From a virus (taxonomy: Duplodnaviria; Caudoviricetes): DNA of 64,000 nucleotides. A program made the position numbers and the translations under genes. The notes under the pieces are model-generated. The model saw only the letters and a program-made list of their open reading frames with translations. It was not told the DNA's origin and made no database searches. Positions 8,852 through 18,011 of this stretch are shown piece by piece (within the stretch, counting starts at the first letter, position 1; each line of letters opens with the position of its first letter). The DNA lies in the IMG/VR virus record IMGVR_UViG_3300010052_000170, positions 5,927-69,926 of that record; one strand, written 5' to 3'.

Positions 8852-9162
8852 GCATCAGCCGCGTCGCCCAAGCGATAATGGAGAGGGATCGCACCTCTCG
8901 GTACGTCTCGGAAGAAGTCAAACGAGAGGTTGTCGCCAGATCTAGTGGCTGCACCTACTGCCGCACAACCCGCGGACCATTCGAATTCGATCATTTTGTT
9001 CCGTTCGCGCATGGTGGTGACAACTCCCCTGGGAACATCGTTCTGGCGTGCATGCGGTGTAATCGGAAAAAAGGGAGCCAACTTCCTAGCGACTTCATGC
9101 GAAAACTGGCGGCGAGGGAAAAAGTCCTCCTGGTCGCCGAAGCATTGTTGGGGCGGTCATGA
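8848..9162 (+). CDS. HNH endonuclease
   Basis: CTYC...EFDHFVPFAHGGDNSPGNIVLACMRCNRKKG. Confidence 0.9.
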   Translation: MSISRVAQAIMERDRTSRYVSEEVKREVVARSSGCTYCRTTRGPFEFDHFVPFAHGGDNSPGNIVLACMRCNRKKGSQLPSDFMRKLAAREKVLLVAEALLGRS

Positions 9163-10373
9163 TCCGCACCCGATCCACTGAAGACGACGGCCTTGCCCTC
9201 GCACTCGTCCAGATCGACGGCGGCACGCAGTCCCGAGCCACGCTCAATCAGCACGTGGTCGACGACTACGCCGAAGCAATCCAGGCCGGCGCGACATTCC
9301 CTCCAATCGTGGTGTTCTACGATGGCAAGAAACACTGGCTGGCCGACGGCTTCCATCGTTTCCATGCTTACCAAAAGGCTGGCCGCGAGAAGGTGGCAGC
9401 GGATGTACGGCAAGGTACCCGTCGAGATGCAATTCTTCACAGCGTCGGCGCGAACGAAACGCACGGCCTCCGCCGCACCCGAGACGACAAGCGGCGAGCG
9501 GTCCTGACGCTGCTCGGCGATGCCGAGTGGGGCAGATGGACGGATCGCGAGATCGCTCGCGCATGCCACGTCGACAACAAGACGGTTGCTAAGGTCCGGT
9601 CGGAGGTCACTGAGGAAATCCCCAGTGAGCGGACCTACACCACCAAGCACGGCACGACCGCGACTATGAAGACGGCAGGCATCAACGCCAGCCGTGCCAC
9701 GAACTTTCGTGCGGAAAATGTACAAGTTGATGCTGCTGATCACCAGAAGGAAAACGCAGTTGAGTTCGTTGCGGCGCAAGGCTTTGATCCCGCTGATCGG
9801 CCGGTAGCCGCTTCCGCCGAATTCGCCCAGCCACGCAACATCTTCGACGAGCTTGTCAGCCTCTGGAAGGAAGCTGACGCGGGCGTTCGGCAGGACTTCA
9901 AAGCGTACATCACAGGCAGCGCAGCCGTCGCCAAGCTCAATCTCAGGCAAGAGAGCGATCCAGCCACTACGACGGGAGGCCACGATGTAGACCGCGGCGC
10001 AGAGCGCGCCAGCAGCGCCGTGGAAGTCGGCGCAACCAATTCGCCCGATGGGGCAACGAGATCGGTGCCGAGCTTGGGACATGCCTCGGTCTGCAACTCG
10101 CTGGCAGCGCGCGAGCCCGATGAAAGCGCTGCATCGAATTCCAATCCGCAACCCAAAACCCCCGGGGACGCGGATAAGGCCGAGGCGGTTCCCCCTCCCG
10201 CCGTCTCGGCCAATTCTTTCAACAACCCACGCTGTCAGAAGCCAGATACCTGTCATCTCGCGCACAGCCGGAACGAGTGTTTCGACTGCAACATCGCTTG
10301 GTCCAAACGGCCAAAGGACGAGCAGGTCAGGCTTTGGGCAGAAGCGATCCAAGCGTCGAGGGCGACAGCATGA
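9159..10373 (+). CDS. ParB/Srx-domain protein with low-complexity C-terminus and terminal Cys cluster
   Basis: TQSRA....VDDYAEA...FPPIVVF...LADGFHRFHA; HTH WTDREIARACHVDNKTV. Confidence 0.8.
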   Translation: MIRTRSTEDDGLALALVQIDGGTQSRATLNQHVVDDYAEAIQAGATFPPIVVFYDGKKHWLADGFHRFHAYQKAGREKVAADVRQGTRRDAILHSVGANETHGLRRTRDDKRRAVLTLLGDAEWGRWTDREIARACHVDNKTVAKVRSEVTEEIPSERTYTTKHGTTATMKTAGINASRATNFRAENVQVDAADHQKENAVEFVAAQGFDPADRPVAASAEFAQPRNIFDELVSLWKEADAGVRQDFKAYITGSAAVAKLNLRQESDPATTTGGHDVDRGAERASSAVEVGATNSPDGATRSVPSLGHASVCNSLAAREPDESAASNSNPQPKTPGDADKAEAVPPPAVSANSFNNPRCQKPDTCHLAHSRNECFDCNIAWSKRPKDEQVRLWAEAIQASRATA

Positions 10374-10657
10374 GCTACCTCGATTGGTATGTCGGCATGG
10401 AGGTCGTCTGCGTACAGCTTGATGACGATTGTCCACCGCGCCCAGCTTTGAACGAGGTTTGCACGGTCAGCTTCATCTACGAGGTTGACGGCTACACGAT
10501 GATCGATCTCGTCGAATATCCGAGCCCGGATACGGACGATTTCTATCGTGGCTACGAGGCGAGTTACTTCCGCCCGGTTCAGCCTCGCCAGACCGACATC
10601 TCCATCTTCACGCAAATGCTCAATCCCTCAAAGATCAAAGTGGGGGAGCCGGCATGA
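10370..10657 (+). CDS. Hypothetical phage protein
   Basis: MSYLDWYVGMEVVCV...YFRPVQ..TDISIF; ATGA coupling. Confidence 0.7.
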   Translation: MSYLDWYVGMEVVCVQLDDDCPPRPALNEVCTVSFIYEVDGYTMIDLVEYPSPDTDDFYRGYEASYFRPVQPRQTDISIFTQMLNPSKIKVGEPA

Positions 10658-10983
10658 CGACGCTCACCCCGCGCCAGGCTCAGTGCTTCAAGTTCGTTGG
10701 CGCCTATGCGCTTGAACATGGCTACAGCCCGACGTTCGGTGAAATCGCCGAGCATATGGGCTTGGCTCGCCGAAGCTCAGTCGCGCGCATCATCGAAGAA
10801 TTGGAGAAACGCGGACTTATCCGCCGCCATCCTCGGCTCGCCCGCAATATCGAGATCATCGAGCAGCGCGGCGCTGATTTTCATTTGAAGCGGATCCTCG
10901 ATGCAGTCGCAGAGACTGGGTTCATCGGCCTCACCGATCCGATCATCGCGGAAGCGCTTGAGCATTCGGGGAGGTCGGCATGA
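10654..10983 (+). CDS. LexA-type DNA-binding-domain protein (no peptidase)
   Basis: LTPRQ..F...Y..EHGYSPTFGEIAEHMGL...SSV...LE..GLIRR. Confidence 0.8.
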   Translation: MTTLTPRQAQCFKFVGAYALEHGYSPTFGEIAEHMGLARRSSVARIIEELEKRGLIRRHPRLARNIEIIEQRGADFHLKRILDAVAETGFIGLTDPIIAEALEHSGRSA

Positions 10984-11126
10984 TCATCTTCGCCGTCTTC
11001 CTCACCGGTGTCTTATCCGGCGTCCTGATCGGCGCCGCTACGGCGGTATGCGTCGGAAAGGGTCAGCCCGACGCTTCGGACGCTTCCGATCCCACTGAAT
11101 TCTCTCATGGCTGGGAGCGGCGTTGA
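10980..11126 (+). CDS. Small membrane peptide (48 aa, not in ORF track)
   Basis: MIIFAVFLTGVLSGVLIGAATAVCVGKGQP...; ATGA overlap with the upstream gene. Confidence 0.5.
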   Translation: MIIFAVFLTGVLSGVLIGAATAVCVGKGQPDASDASDPTEFSHGWERR

Positions 11127-11363
11127 TGCGAACGGATCATCGTCGTTGTCAGCCCTTCGCCGTCCCCAACCGGGGAACGGCAATATCAGTTGATGCGCTT
11201 TCCTTGATGCTTGGCGGCTCCTGTGATCGCGCATTGGCTTTCATTCCTGCTTTCGACTTCCAGCCCCGCCGCATTGGCGTGGGCACTGGCTACGGGATCA
11301 ACGTAGCCAAGGAAGGAACCCAGGATCATGGGGAATCGAACCCACAAACGCGGGGAACAGCAA

Positions 11364-11774
11364 ATGTCTAGCGTAGCTGATGTCGAACGCGCCCGGGACT
11401 ATGTCCGGCGCATCGGCGGACCTGGGAAGGGCGTAGCGATTATCGACGCTGCCTACCGTCTGCTCGACGACCTGTTTCCGCATGAGAGAAGCCCGAAGGA
11501 TCGCTGGACGCTGCGGCGCGTGCGGTCCTTTTGGGAGCGTGACGCAGCTCACGTCAAATTCCGGGAAATGCTCGAACTGCATCACGCGGCGGCGCACGTG
11601 GTGGAAGAAAGAATTCGTCTCCAACACGCGAGGAAAGAACATGCCGCATTCATCAAGGAAACCACCTCTGTTCGTTCGCTCCTTGAGTTTGAAGACGAGG
11701 CTTTCCTTGGCGACGCGCTTGCGAACCGTCGCGGCATGGTTGGCGGAATGGATCGCCCCGGAATTGAGGGGTGA
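11364..11774 (+). CDS. Hypothetical protein
   Basis: MSSVADVERAR...WTLRRVRSFWERDAA; start could be 11328. Confidence 0.6.
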   Translation: MSSVADVERARDYVRRIGGPGKGVAIIDAAYRLLDDLFPHERSPKDRWTLRRVRSFWERDAAHVKFREMLELHHAAAHVVEERIRLQHARKEHAAFIKETTSVRSLLEFEDEAFLGDALANRRGMVGGMDRPGIEG

Positions 11775-11777
11775 GTG

Positions 11778-12026
11778 ATGTCGAAGCAGCAAACCAAGTT
11801 CTGGCTCGTCTGGTCCTTCGGCGGTCGCGCGCCAACCGTTCCGCATTGGACGAAGGAAGCCGCGAAGACTGAGGCCAAGCGGCTCGCCGGCAACTATCCA
11901 GGCGATGTCTTCACTGTTCTCGCCTGCGTCGACGCCTACGCCAGTCTGATCGCACCCGTGGAGCCAGTCCCTATTGTGAAGCGTCCCCCGACAGAGGCCG
12001 AGAAAGAAGCAGAAATCCCGTTCTGA
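11778..12026 (+). CDS. Hypothetical phage protein
   Basis: FWLVWS..GR.PTV.H...AAKTEAKRLA..PG..F.VL...EIPF. Confidence 0.65.
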   Translation: MSKQQTKFWLVWSFGGRAPTVPHWTKEAAKTEAKRLAGNYPGDVFTVLACVDAYASLIAPVEPVPIVKRPPTEAEKEAEIPF

Positions 12027-12036
12027 GGAGAACCAC

Positions 12037-12594
12037 ATGTCCGAAGCAGGCCATAACTCCGAACTGACGCCGGCCGAATGGAAGGCGCTCAAGTTCGACC
12101 ACTTCCACAAGATTTCGGCACAGAAGGCCAAGGTCGAAGCAGAGCAGACCGAATACAAGCGGCTGCGCAAGCTGGCCAAGGCCGATCAGATCATCCTTTC
12201 GGACATCGACTTCATGTTGAAGTGCGCCGAGATCGAGGACGAGACGATCCTGACCGACCGGATCAAGCGCGAAGCGGAAATCGCGGCATGGTTCGCTCTG
12301 CCGATCCAGTTCCAGTCCGACATGTTCGACGTGGGGCTCGAGCCTCTGGAAGATCGGGCCGCGCGTGAAGGCGAGGCGGCTGGCTACCGCGGCAAGGAGC
12401 CAACTCCGCCATACGATGTCAGCAGCACGGCAGGGCAGGCTTGGCTCAAGCGTTGGCACGTGGGCAATGAGCACCGCATGGCCGATCTCGCTACGGCGCT
12501 GGAGAAGAAGGCCGTTAGGTCCGACGAGGACGAGCTCATTGCCGGACACGACAGCGACGATCCATTCGAAGACCAGCGCGAAGCGGCGGAGTGA
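12037..12594 (+). CDS. Hypothetical protein, possible GapR-like N-terminus and RMF-like C-terminal motif
   Basis: AGHNS followed by a helix; DRAAREGEAAGYRGKEPTPPY......QAWLKRW. Confidence 0.6.
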   Translation: MSEAGHNSELTPAEWKALKFDHFHKISAQKAKVEAEQTEYKRLRKLAKADQIILSDIDFMLKCAEIEDETILTDRIKREAEIAAWFALPIQFQSDMFDVGLEPLEDRAAREGEAAGYRGKEPTPPYDVSSTAGQAWLKRWHVGNEHRMADLATALEKKAVRSDEDELIAGHDSDDPFEDQREAAE

Positions 12595-12707
12595 ATATCG
12601 CCCGCGTCATGCGCGCCGCGGCAATCATCATGCGGTTTCGGCGCGCTGACCTTCCTCGAATTTCCATCCGCCTGCACTGCGCGGGCATCCAGTTGAGGGT
12701 TTAGGCC

Positions 12708-13133
12708 ATGGGCTTCTTGCTCGCTCTGTACAATCGCTACTTCCCCGAAGATGAGGTCGAACTCGATCCGGAGTTCGAAGCCTATGCCGACAAGCAGATC
12801 GATGCCTTCGCGCCGAAATGCGAGCCGAGCATTCTCGACCGGTCGGCAACCGCTGTGCAGGATCTTCTAACCTACGCCCGGAACGAAAAGGCGCGGCTCG
12901 AAGGCGAGATCGTCAAAGAGAACACCCAACACGCGGAATGCATCGCTGACCTCACTGAAAATCTGCGGCGTACCAACGTCGCTATCGCGGCCTTCGAGCC
13001 TGTACTCCCCAGGTTGGATGACGGCTACGATCCGTCCGACGACGCCAAGAAATCCTACGAGGTAGCGATCGAGGCCAAGCGCAAGCGCGGCGATCGACAT
13101 TTCAAGAAACCTGCTCTGGCAGCGGCGGAGTAG
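12708..13133 (+). CDS. Coiled-coil hypothetical protein
   Basis: 141 aa with heptad-like segment; ends ...AAAE. Confidence 0.7.
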   Translation: MGFLLALYNRYFPEDEVELDPEFEAYADKQIDAFAPKCEPSILDRSATAVQDLLTYARNEKARLEGEIVKENTQHAECIADLTENLRRTNVAIAAFEPVLPRLDDGYDPSDDAKKSYEVAIEAKRKRGDRHFKKPALAAAE

Positions 13134-13145
13134 GGCGAAGTGACC

Positions 13146-13397
13146 TCAGCTCACCAATATCTTGGCTTCGGTCGCCGCGCCCATGAAGGCGGATCTGGCA
13201 ACCTCGGGTGCCGCGCTACCGCCAAGCACACGCATGCAGTCCATACGGGCCTGAATGCGCATCGCGGTCTCGCCGATGGGCCATTCGTAGAGAAGCAGCT
13301 CCGCGGCTTCACGCACGGTGGTCACTTCGACAGCACCAGTCGGAAGCTTGATCGTAACGGGCTCGTCGAAGGCGCCGATGTCTTTTTGTTCGGTCAA
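13146..13397 (-). CDS. DUF982 protein (copy 1)
   Basis: FDEPVTI...VTTVREAAELLLYEWP....ARMDC..VL.G...PEVARSAFMGAATEAKIL; TTG start after GGAGGA. Confidence 0.8.
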   Translation of the reverse strand: MTEQKDIGAFDEPVTIKLPTGAVEVTTVREAAELLLYEWPIGETAMRIQARMDCMRVLGGSAAPEVARSAFMGAATEAKILVS

Positions 13398-13504
13398 CTC
13401 CAGTCCTCCTCGTCTGCCACCCATGTGAACATACGGTCGAAACGGCGAGGAAGTTTCATAACGATTGCCCGGCTCGCATCACATTGCGTGATGGAGGATG
13501 CGCG

Positions 13505-14833
13505 GTGAGCATCCATCCCGACTATCAGCAGTTTTTGGACGGGCGGGTGACGCTCTGGACGGCAGATTGCTTCGGCGCCCTCGAAGCCATGGAGCCGGAC
13601 AGCGTCGATTGCGTCGTTACCTCGCCTCCGTATTGGGGGCTCCGGGACTACGGTGTCGACGGTCAGATCGGCCTCGAGCCGACCCTCGGCGAACACCTCG
13701 ACGTCATGGTCCGCGTCTTCGAGGCAGTGAAGCGTGTCCTGAAGCCCACTGGCACTCTGTGGCTTAACTACGGCGACTGCTACGCGACGACGCCAAACGG
13801 TCGTTCCGCTGTCGATACTAAGGCCGCAGGCACGGATGATCGAACGTTCCGAGACAAGCCGTTTTCAACAGTCGGTCCGATCCGCACGGGAGCATCGACG
13901 CGCGCGGGTCGATCGGAGAATAAGGGGAATACCGCTTCCGATGGCGTTCGTCGCAACTTCGCGGGAGACGGTTACCTTAAGCCAAAAGACCTTTGCATGA
14001 TCCCCAACCGACTGGCGATCGCTTTGCAGGATGCAGGCTGGTGGGTGCGAAGCGAAATAGTGTGGGGCAAGAACAACCCCATGCCGGACAGTTCAGGCGC
14101 GTACCGCCCGTCGACTGCGCACGAGAAGATATTCCTGCTCACCAAGTCGACAAACGGCGACGTGTGGCGTGCTCGCGATACGGGCGAAGTATCATTCTTC
14201 CCTGATTTGAAAGAGCGCTGCTCGCTTGTGACACAGCCAGACAAAATGGCTGCGCGATGGGTTCGGATCGGCGCCTATTACGACGCCGATGCTGTGAGCA
14301 TGGAGGCCAGCCCGAACACGAACGCCCGTGTCTCTCAGGATGTCGCCAACCAGGTGGGAAGCTATCGCGCCAACGGAGGGGCCAAAACGAACGGCACGAT
14401 GAAGGCGGTAGTTCGCGGCGGGAGGAAGGAAGCGGCATCCGGTTCAGGCACCAGGAACAACACCAGTTTCAACGAAGCGATGGTCCTGCAGCCTACCCGG
14501 CGATATCTCCGCAACTACGAGCCAGCACCGCTTTCAGTCTGGCCTGTATCCACACAGCCGTTCTCTGATGCTCACTTCGCGACGTTCCCTCCCGAACTTG
14601 CCGAACGCTGTATTCTTGCCGGATGCCCGAAGGGTGGCCTCGTGCTCGATCCATTCGGCGGCGCTGGCACCACGGCTCTGGTAGCGCTTCGCCACGGTCG
14701 GCGCGCGACGCTGATCGAACTCAACCCTGAATATGCCGATATGGCCCGCCGTCGGATCGAAACCGAATGGCGCGTGCCGCAGAAGCCAAAGAGCGTCGAG
14801 TACGGGCCGCTCTTCGGCGGGGAGGCCGCATGA
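13505..14833 (+). CDS. Orphan beta-class DNA methyltransferase, probably N4-cytosine
   Basis: Catalytic VTSPPYWG near the N-terminus; HFATFPPEL and VLDPFGGAGTT (motif I) near the C-terminus; GTG start after GGAGG. Confidence 0.9.
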   Translation: MSIHPDYQQFLDGRVTLWTADCFGALEAMEPDSVDCVVTSPPYWGLRDYGVDGQIGLEPTLGEHLDVMVRVFEAVKRVLKPTGTLWLNYGDCYATTPNGRSAVDTKAAGTDDRTFRDKPFSTVGPIRTGASTRAGRSENKGNTASDGVRRNFAGDGYLKPKDLCMIPNRLAIALQDAGWWVRSEIVWGKNNPMPDSSGAYRPSTAHEKIFLLTKSTNGDVWRARDTGEVSFFPDLKERCSLVTQPDKMAARWVRIGAYYDADAVSMEASPNTNARVSQDVANQVGSYRANGGAKTNGTMKAVVRGGRKEAASGSGTRNNTSFNEAMVLQPTRRYLRNYEPAPLSVWPVSTQPFSDAHFATFPPELAERCILAGCPKGGLVLDPFGGAGTTALVALRHGRRATLIELNPEYADMARRRIETEWRVPQKPKSVEYGPLFGGEAA

Positions 14834-14841
14834 TCATGATT

Positions 14842-15873
14842 TCAGAAAGGTATCTCGTCTTCTTCGAACGGTCGCCCCTGATGGAGAAACGACTTTGGGT
14901 CGACGTTGGCGTCAAAGATCGGTGGATAGTCGGCGTCGAAGTAGTTTTCTCCGGGACGCAAGTCTTTGAAGCGCGCTTCTCCCTTGATCCGAGATCTAGA
15001 GAAATCGCAGCGCACAAATTCATTGTTGCGGAGATGATAGGTCTCGGAGGCGATTATTCGCACCTCCTTGAACTCGCACTCAAAGTGAGAAGCGCTGGTG
15101 AGGTCGGCGACGCCGCTCAAAAATCTCACGTACTCAAATCTGAACTTCGGGTACCTCTTCCGGTCGAATACCTCTCCCTCAACAGACACGCTTCCGCCTC
15201 TATAAGAAACAACGCGGACGCCGCGTACGATAGGCCAGTCGTTGAATGGTCGATCGTCTACCGACGCTTCGAACGAGAGGCTACGGTTGGCAAATCTTCC
15301 CAAGTCAGATCCGGCGGCAAGTGCTTCCATCGCCGCAAGAAAGAGCGGGGTCAATTCATCCGGATTGAGGCGTCCGTTGATGAAGTCCGCAATCAGATTC
15401 ATCGCCTCTATGGCAAACTTCGGGTTTCGATCTGTCGCTACCGCACGAAGTGTGGCGAGTCCGGCGCCTACATGCGCCAACTGGTCGGGGTCTGCGATGA
15501 GTTCCGCACCCTTCTGCAGAAGAGATGCGAGGTGGTTCTCTTCCGTCGCTGCGATCTGAAGCGCGAGCTTATCGATCTGCTCTCGCTGGAGGTTGGTTGC
15601 CTTGAGTTGCGCATCGGCTTGTCGCTTCGAGATAAGTCCACGCCACACGATGGTGCAGAAGGTAACGACGGCGCCGCCGAACACCCCAAACGGCGCGCTG
15701 ATCTGAACCCTGAGAAGTCGAGCCTTATCGTCGGGCGCAACGATGATCCAATAGCTGGCGACTGCGAAACCGACGAGCAGCATCACAGCAGCTGCGATAG
15801 CCAGGCTCTGCCATGTGTCTTCCCGCTCCCAACGCTCTTGCGCGCTCGGAGCAGGTTCCCCGTTCGTCGTCAT
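14842..15873 (-). CDS. Membrane-anchored moron (2 TM, coiled coil, possible degenerate pentapeptide-repeat tail)
   Basis: Two N-terminal hydrophobic helices; LQKGAELIA...AGLATLRAVA segment; F/L-spaced C-terminus. Confidence 0.7.
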   Translation of the reverse strand: MTTNGEPAPSAQERWEREDTWQSLAIAAAVMLLVGFAVASYWIIVAPDDKARLLRVQISAPFGVFGGAVVTFCTIVWRGLISKRQADAQLKATNLQREQIDKLALQIAATEENHLASLLQKGAELIADPDQLAHVGAGLATLRAVATDRNPKFAIEAMNLIADFINGRLNPDELTPLFLAAMEALAAGSDLGRFANRSLSFEASVDDRPFNDWPIVRGVRVVSYRGGSVSVEGEVFDRKRYPKFRFEYVRFLSGVADLTSASHFECEFKEVRIIASETYHLRNNEFVRCDFSRSRIKGEARFKDLRPGENYFDADYPPIFDANVDPKSFLHQGRPFEEDEIPF

Positions 15874-15950
15874 CAAACCCTCCACCCTCGCAAATCCATA
15901 TCAACGAAAGTGGGCGCCAGACAATGGCGCGCGGAGGCCGCCTGATGACC

Positions 15951-16202
15951 TCAGTACAGCCGAAGCGACTTATCGACCGAAATCCCAGCCTGCTGCAGGG
16001 CAGAGAGAAACGCTTCACTGGCGTCAGCAGGTTCCCCGTCACCATCGCACTTGTGCATGGCGTCGCTCCACGCCTTGGTGTCGTTGTCTGGCCAATGGTC
16101 AAACAGGAACCTCGATGCTTCTTCCATCGAGTTGATGAGGACAAATCCGCGCGGGTTTCGCGCGTAGATGACAATGGGAATGCGAAATCGTTTCGCGGTC
16201 AT
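15951..16202 (-). CDS. DUF982 protein (copy 2)
   Basis: FRIPIVI...INSMEEASRFLFDHWP..DTKAWSDAMHKC...ASEAFLSALQQAGI. Confidence 0.8.
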   Translation of the reverse strand: MTAKRFRIPIVIYARNPRGFVLINSMEEASRFLFDHWPDNDTKAWSDAMHKCDGDGEPADASEAFLSALQQAGISVDKSLRLY

Positions 16203-16239
16203 CACTCCCCGTATCTCTCCATTGAGGCGAAAGAGCGTT

Positions 16240-16341
16240 CGGAGGGCGGGCATACTGATCGAAGACAAGCCAGAGTTTGTCGCCGTTGCTCACCGTCGCC
16301 GTCAAAACGACGCGCCGCTCTCCGTCGAGGAAGCCGCCTGA
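16240..16341 (+). pseudogene. Possible relic C-terminus of a second DNA methylase
   Basis: Frame +1 reads RRAGILIEDKPEFVAVAHRRRQNDAPLSVEEAA*, similar to RRATLIELNPEYADMARRRI...GGEAA* at the end of 13505-14833. Confidence 0.4.
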
Positions 16342-16343
16342 TG

Positions 16344-16607
16344 CTAGCGCCAGCGAAACGCGAGGCGGACCTTCATACCGGCCTGCTCGACAGCCTTGAT
16401 AAAGTCTGCCCGCGCCAGCGCTATGCTTGTCGTTCCCAACTTGGCCGCTTCACAGCGGTTCATCGCATCGGTCCAGAGTTGACTGTCGTGTCCGGGCCAG
16501 TTGTCGAACAGGAAATCCGCCGCTTCCCCCACGGTGGAAACCAAGTGGGAAATCCTCGAATTGACGTCGGCTACGGCAACCGGAGTTTGGAATTTGTCTG
16601 TGCTCAT
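16344..16607 (-). CDS. DUF982 protein (copy 3)
   Basis: FQTPVAV...VSTVGEAADFLFDNWP..DSQLWTDAMNRC..A..G....ALARADFIKAVEQAGM. Confidence 0.85.
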   Translation of the reverse strand: MSTDKFQTPVAVADVNSRISHLVSTVGEAADFLFDNWPGHDSQLWTDAMNRCEAAKLGTTSIALARADFIKAVEQAGMKVRLAFRWR

Positions 16608-16666
16608 GGATCATCCTGCCTCGCAATAGCGGCGGAAGTGAGTGCCCTCACTCTTGAGGTGCGGGT

Positions 16667-17260
16667 ATGATCATTCTCGGCCTCGACATCGCAACCACAA
16701 CCGGCTTCGCTTGGTACGAGCCGGGCTCGTCGCTCGCTTCCATCAAGACCGGTATCATCAAGGCCGAAGGGGAGAACGCCGAGCAGAAGGCGGCATCGCT
16801 GGCTGTCCAGCTTCGGGAACTCTTCTACGAGACAAAGACGGTCAACGGCCGTCTAGAACGGATGCTGATCAAGCCGGACTTCGTGGCGATCGAACAGCCA
16901 ATGCGGAACGTGAAGTCCTTCCGCAAAGTGCGCAACGATCTCGCCGGCGCGGTTGAGGAATCGACCATCAACCCCAACGCGCTGCAGCTTGAAGGCCTGG
17001 TGTGCGCCGCCGTGGCTATCATCGCCGCCTATCGCATCCCTTGGGAGACGATCCCGGCCGCTACGTGGCGCAAGCACTTCCTCGGTATGGGCCGCAACCC
17101 TGGCTTCGACCGAGCGGCATGGAAGCGCGCTGCCGTTGACCGGTGCCGAGCGTTCAAAATCGCGGTGAGGAATTCCGATGCTGCGGAAGCCGTCGGCATA
17201 TCAATCGCGGGCGAGGCGACCCAGACCTACCGCATGATGATGGCGAGGGCGGCCGCATGA
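16667..17260 (+). CDS. RuvC-like Holliday junction resolvase
   Basis: MIILGLDIATTTGFA (catalytic D), VAIEQP, PAATWRKHFLG, NSDAAEAVGI. Confidence 0.8.
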   Translation: MIILGLDIATTTGFAWYEPGSSLASIKTGIIKAEGENAEQKAASLAVQLRELFYETKTVNGRLERMLIKPDFVAIEQPMRNVKSFRKVRNDLAGAVEESTINPNALQLEGLVCAAVAIIAAYRIPWETIPAATWRKHFLGMGRNPGFDRAAWKRAAVDRCRAFKIAVRNSDAAEAVGISIAGEATQTYRMMMARAAA

Positions 17261-17280
17261 TTCCGACCGCCCCGATCAAA

Positions 17281-17562
17281 TCAGACGTGGCTGCTACGTC
17301 CGCCTTTGAAGGGCGGCGGGATCCAGTCCTCGGCAATCAGGCCCTTCTTCTTGGCAAACGCCACGAAGACGCCGCGCGCAGTCTCTGGATCGATCTCTCC
17401 GGTCAACGCCGCCTTGCAGGCACGTATTGCAGCGCGCTGTTCCGGGCTGTTGCCGCAATATTCCGTCGCGAACTGATAGGCGTCGACGACGGAGTTGAGT
17501 TGCCGGGGGAAGCCCAGACCTACCCACACGCGGACCGGTTCTTTGAAAGGCTGCGAAAGCAT
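17281..17562 (-). CDS. DUF982 protein (copy 4)
   Basis: FKEPVRVWVGLGFPRQLNSVVDAYQF......PEQRAAIRACKAALTGEIDPETARGVFVAFA. Confidence 0.85.
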   Translation of the reverse strand: MLSQPFKEPVRVWVGLGFPRQLNSVVDAYQFATEYCGNSPEQRAAIRACKAALTGEIDPETARGVFVAFAKKKGLIAEDWIPPPFKGGRSSHV

Positions 17563-17583
17563 CGGAACCTCCCATGCATATCG

Positions 17584-17886
17584 CTACGCCGTCAGGCCGC
17601 CGCTTGGAACAGCCGTCAGCGTCAACGACGGCAGGGGCTTTGGACTTTTTTCGAGAATGCCAACAGATTTGGCGAAGCCGACGAAAGCGTTCCTCGCCGC
17701 CAGGATTGGGCGGCCTTCGTCATAGGCTTCCTCGCAGGTATCAACCGCGGTGGCGTGAATGGTGCTCCGGTTGGTTTCGGGCCAGTCGTAGAGAAAATCG
17801 AGCGCATCTTCCAGCCCCGCGATCTCCTCAACCAGCCCGTCGGTGGTCTTCACATAGACCGGTTCGACAAATGTTTTCTCGCTCAT
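17584..17886 (-). CDS. DUF982 protein (copy 5)
   Basis: MSEKTFVEPVYVK...EEIAGLEDALDFLYDWP...RSTIHATAVDTC..AY.....AARNAFVGFAKSVGIL. Confidence 0.85.
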   Translation of the reverse strand: MSEKTFVEPVYVKTTDGLVEEIAGLEDALDFLYDWPETNRSTIHATAVDTCEEAYDEGRPILAARNAFVGFAKSVGILEKSPKPLPSLTLTAVPSGGLTA

Positions 17887-18011
17887 CGAAATCTCCAATG
17901 TTCCGAACGATTTCAGGTGTTTGAGGGTTGGCCGCCCCATCAATTTGCAGCGACCTTCTGGAAATATGTGAAAGCTCTCTTTGAGCGTCAAGACCTGGTG
18001 GGGGCTGCGTA

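Noticed and set aside
8991-10436. 481-aa minus-strand ORF, and similar long shadows at 30865-32133, 50578-51777 and 11298-12179
   Set aside because: Antisense shadows of well-supported genes in GC-rich DNA, with no motifs and no coupling to same-strand neighbours
14381-14407. Unit 3 match to methylase AKTNGTMKA (13/18 nt)
   Set aside because: Chance-level; cannot be distinguished from the tape-measure alternative
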